A DNA stretch of 64,000 nucleotides from Eledone cirrhosa. Its lineage: Eukaryota. How positions within the stretch are numbered: position 1 is the stretch's first letter; every line of letters begins with the position of its first letter. The stretch is from NCBI GenBank assembly GCA_964016885.1, contig OZ024755.1, positions 9,610,001 through 9,674,000 on the forward strand. The letters are read 5' to 3'. This document shows, in pieces, positions 63,414 through 64,000 of this stretch. Position numbers and translations under genes: made by a program. The notes under the pieces were generated by a model. It saw nothing but the letters and a program-made list of their open reading frames with translations. It had not been told where the DNA came from and made no database searches.

Positions 63414-64000
63414 TTAACATGTTTGAACTCCTTTCCAACAGTTCATAACTTCAAAGCTAGATGGGATTACTAGTTTATTGATGTGACGTTAGTCAATCAA
63501 AGTAGTCATTTTACTTAAGAAAAACTTGGCACAGCAACTGTAGCTGTGTAAATTATATGCAGCAGTCAACACAACAGGTTAAAGAAACATTTAGTAGTAG
63601 TGCTGGTGCCATGATTAAAGCATCCAGTCCACCCTTAAAAGGTGGTAGGACCAGGGTCACAATAAATGTTCCCAGTCCACTCTGTAAAGTGTTAGTGATA
63701 TCACAATAAAATGCACTCAGTACATACTGTAAAGTGGTTGGTATTAGGATGAGCATCCAGCTATAGAAACCACAACAAAATGAAACATGATCAAAAGATG
63801 GTTTTCTGAGCTGTCTAGTCTCAGAACATAAACACCCTAACTACTAATCCAAGTGTTTACACAGTATATAAAAGAATATAATAAATAACTTAGTATTTAC
63901 TTTGTATTAGAGAACTCAAGACTGATAACATTAAATATTTTGTCTCGATCGGGGCTGTTGTAGTATTCTGTCCATTCTCGCATCAACATCTTATAGTCCT

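Overview
AT-rich, repeat-dense animal genomic DNA. The repeat complement and microsatellites suggest a coleoid cephalopod such as Octopus (inference). There are three spliced genes: OSTF1 (+, 5'-partial, 7 exons, 1456-7135), RPS8 (+, complete, 6 exons, 208 aa, 12388-21654) and a large PHF8/KDM7-family JmjC demethylase (-, 5'-partial, 18 exons, 24107-63249). The main finding is that RPS8 introns 3 and 4 hold 11 tandemly amplified box C/D snoRNAs: five SNORD35-like, four SNORD32/51-like and two SNORD46-like. RPS8 intron 1 also holds a candidate H/ACA guide. Other points of interest are a Penelope-like retroelement whose inverted termini carry a hammerhead ribozyme and a tRNA-like segment, and several PHF8 features: a 2.25-kb repeat-rich exon, a candidate 24-nt microexon, a GC-AG intron and a four-fold duplicated splice donor. 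RTE LINE relics, SINEs, MITEs and minisatellites are common. All calls were read by eye and rRNA/snoRNA reference sequences are recalled from memory; no searches were run.
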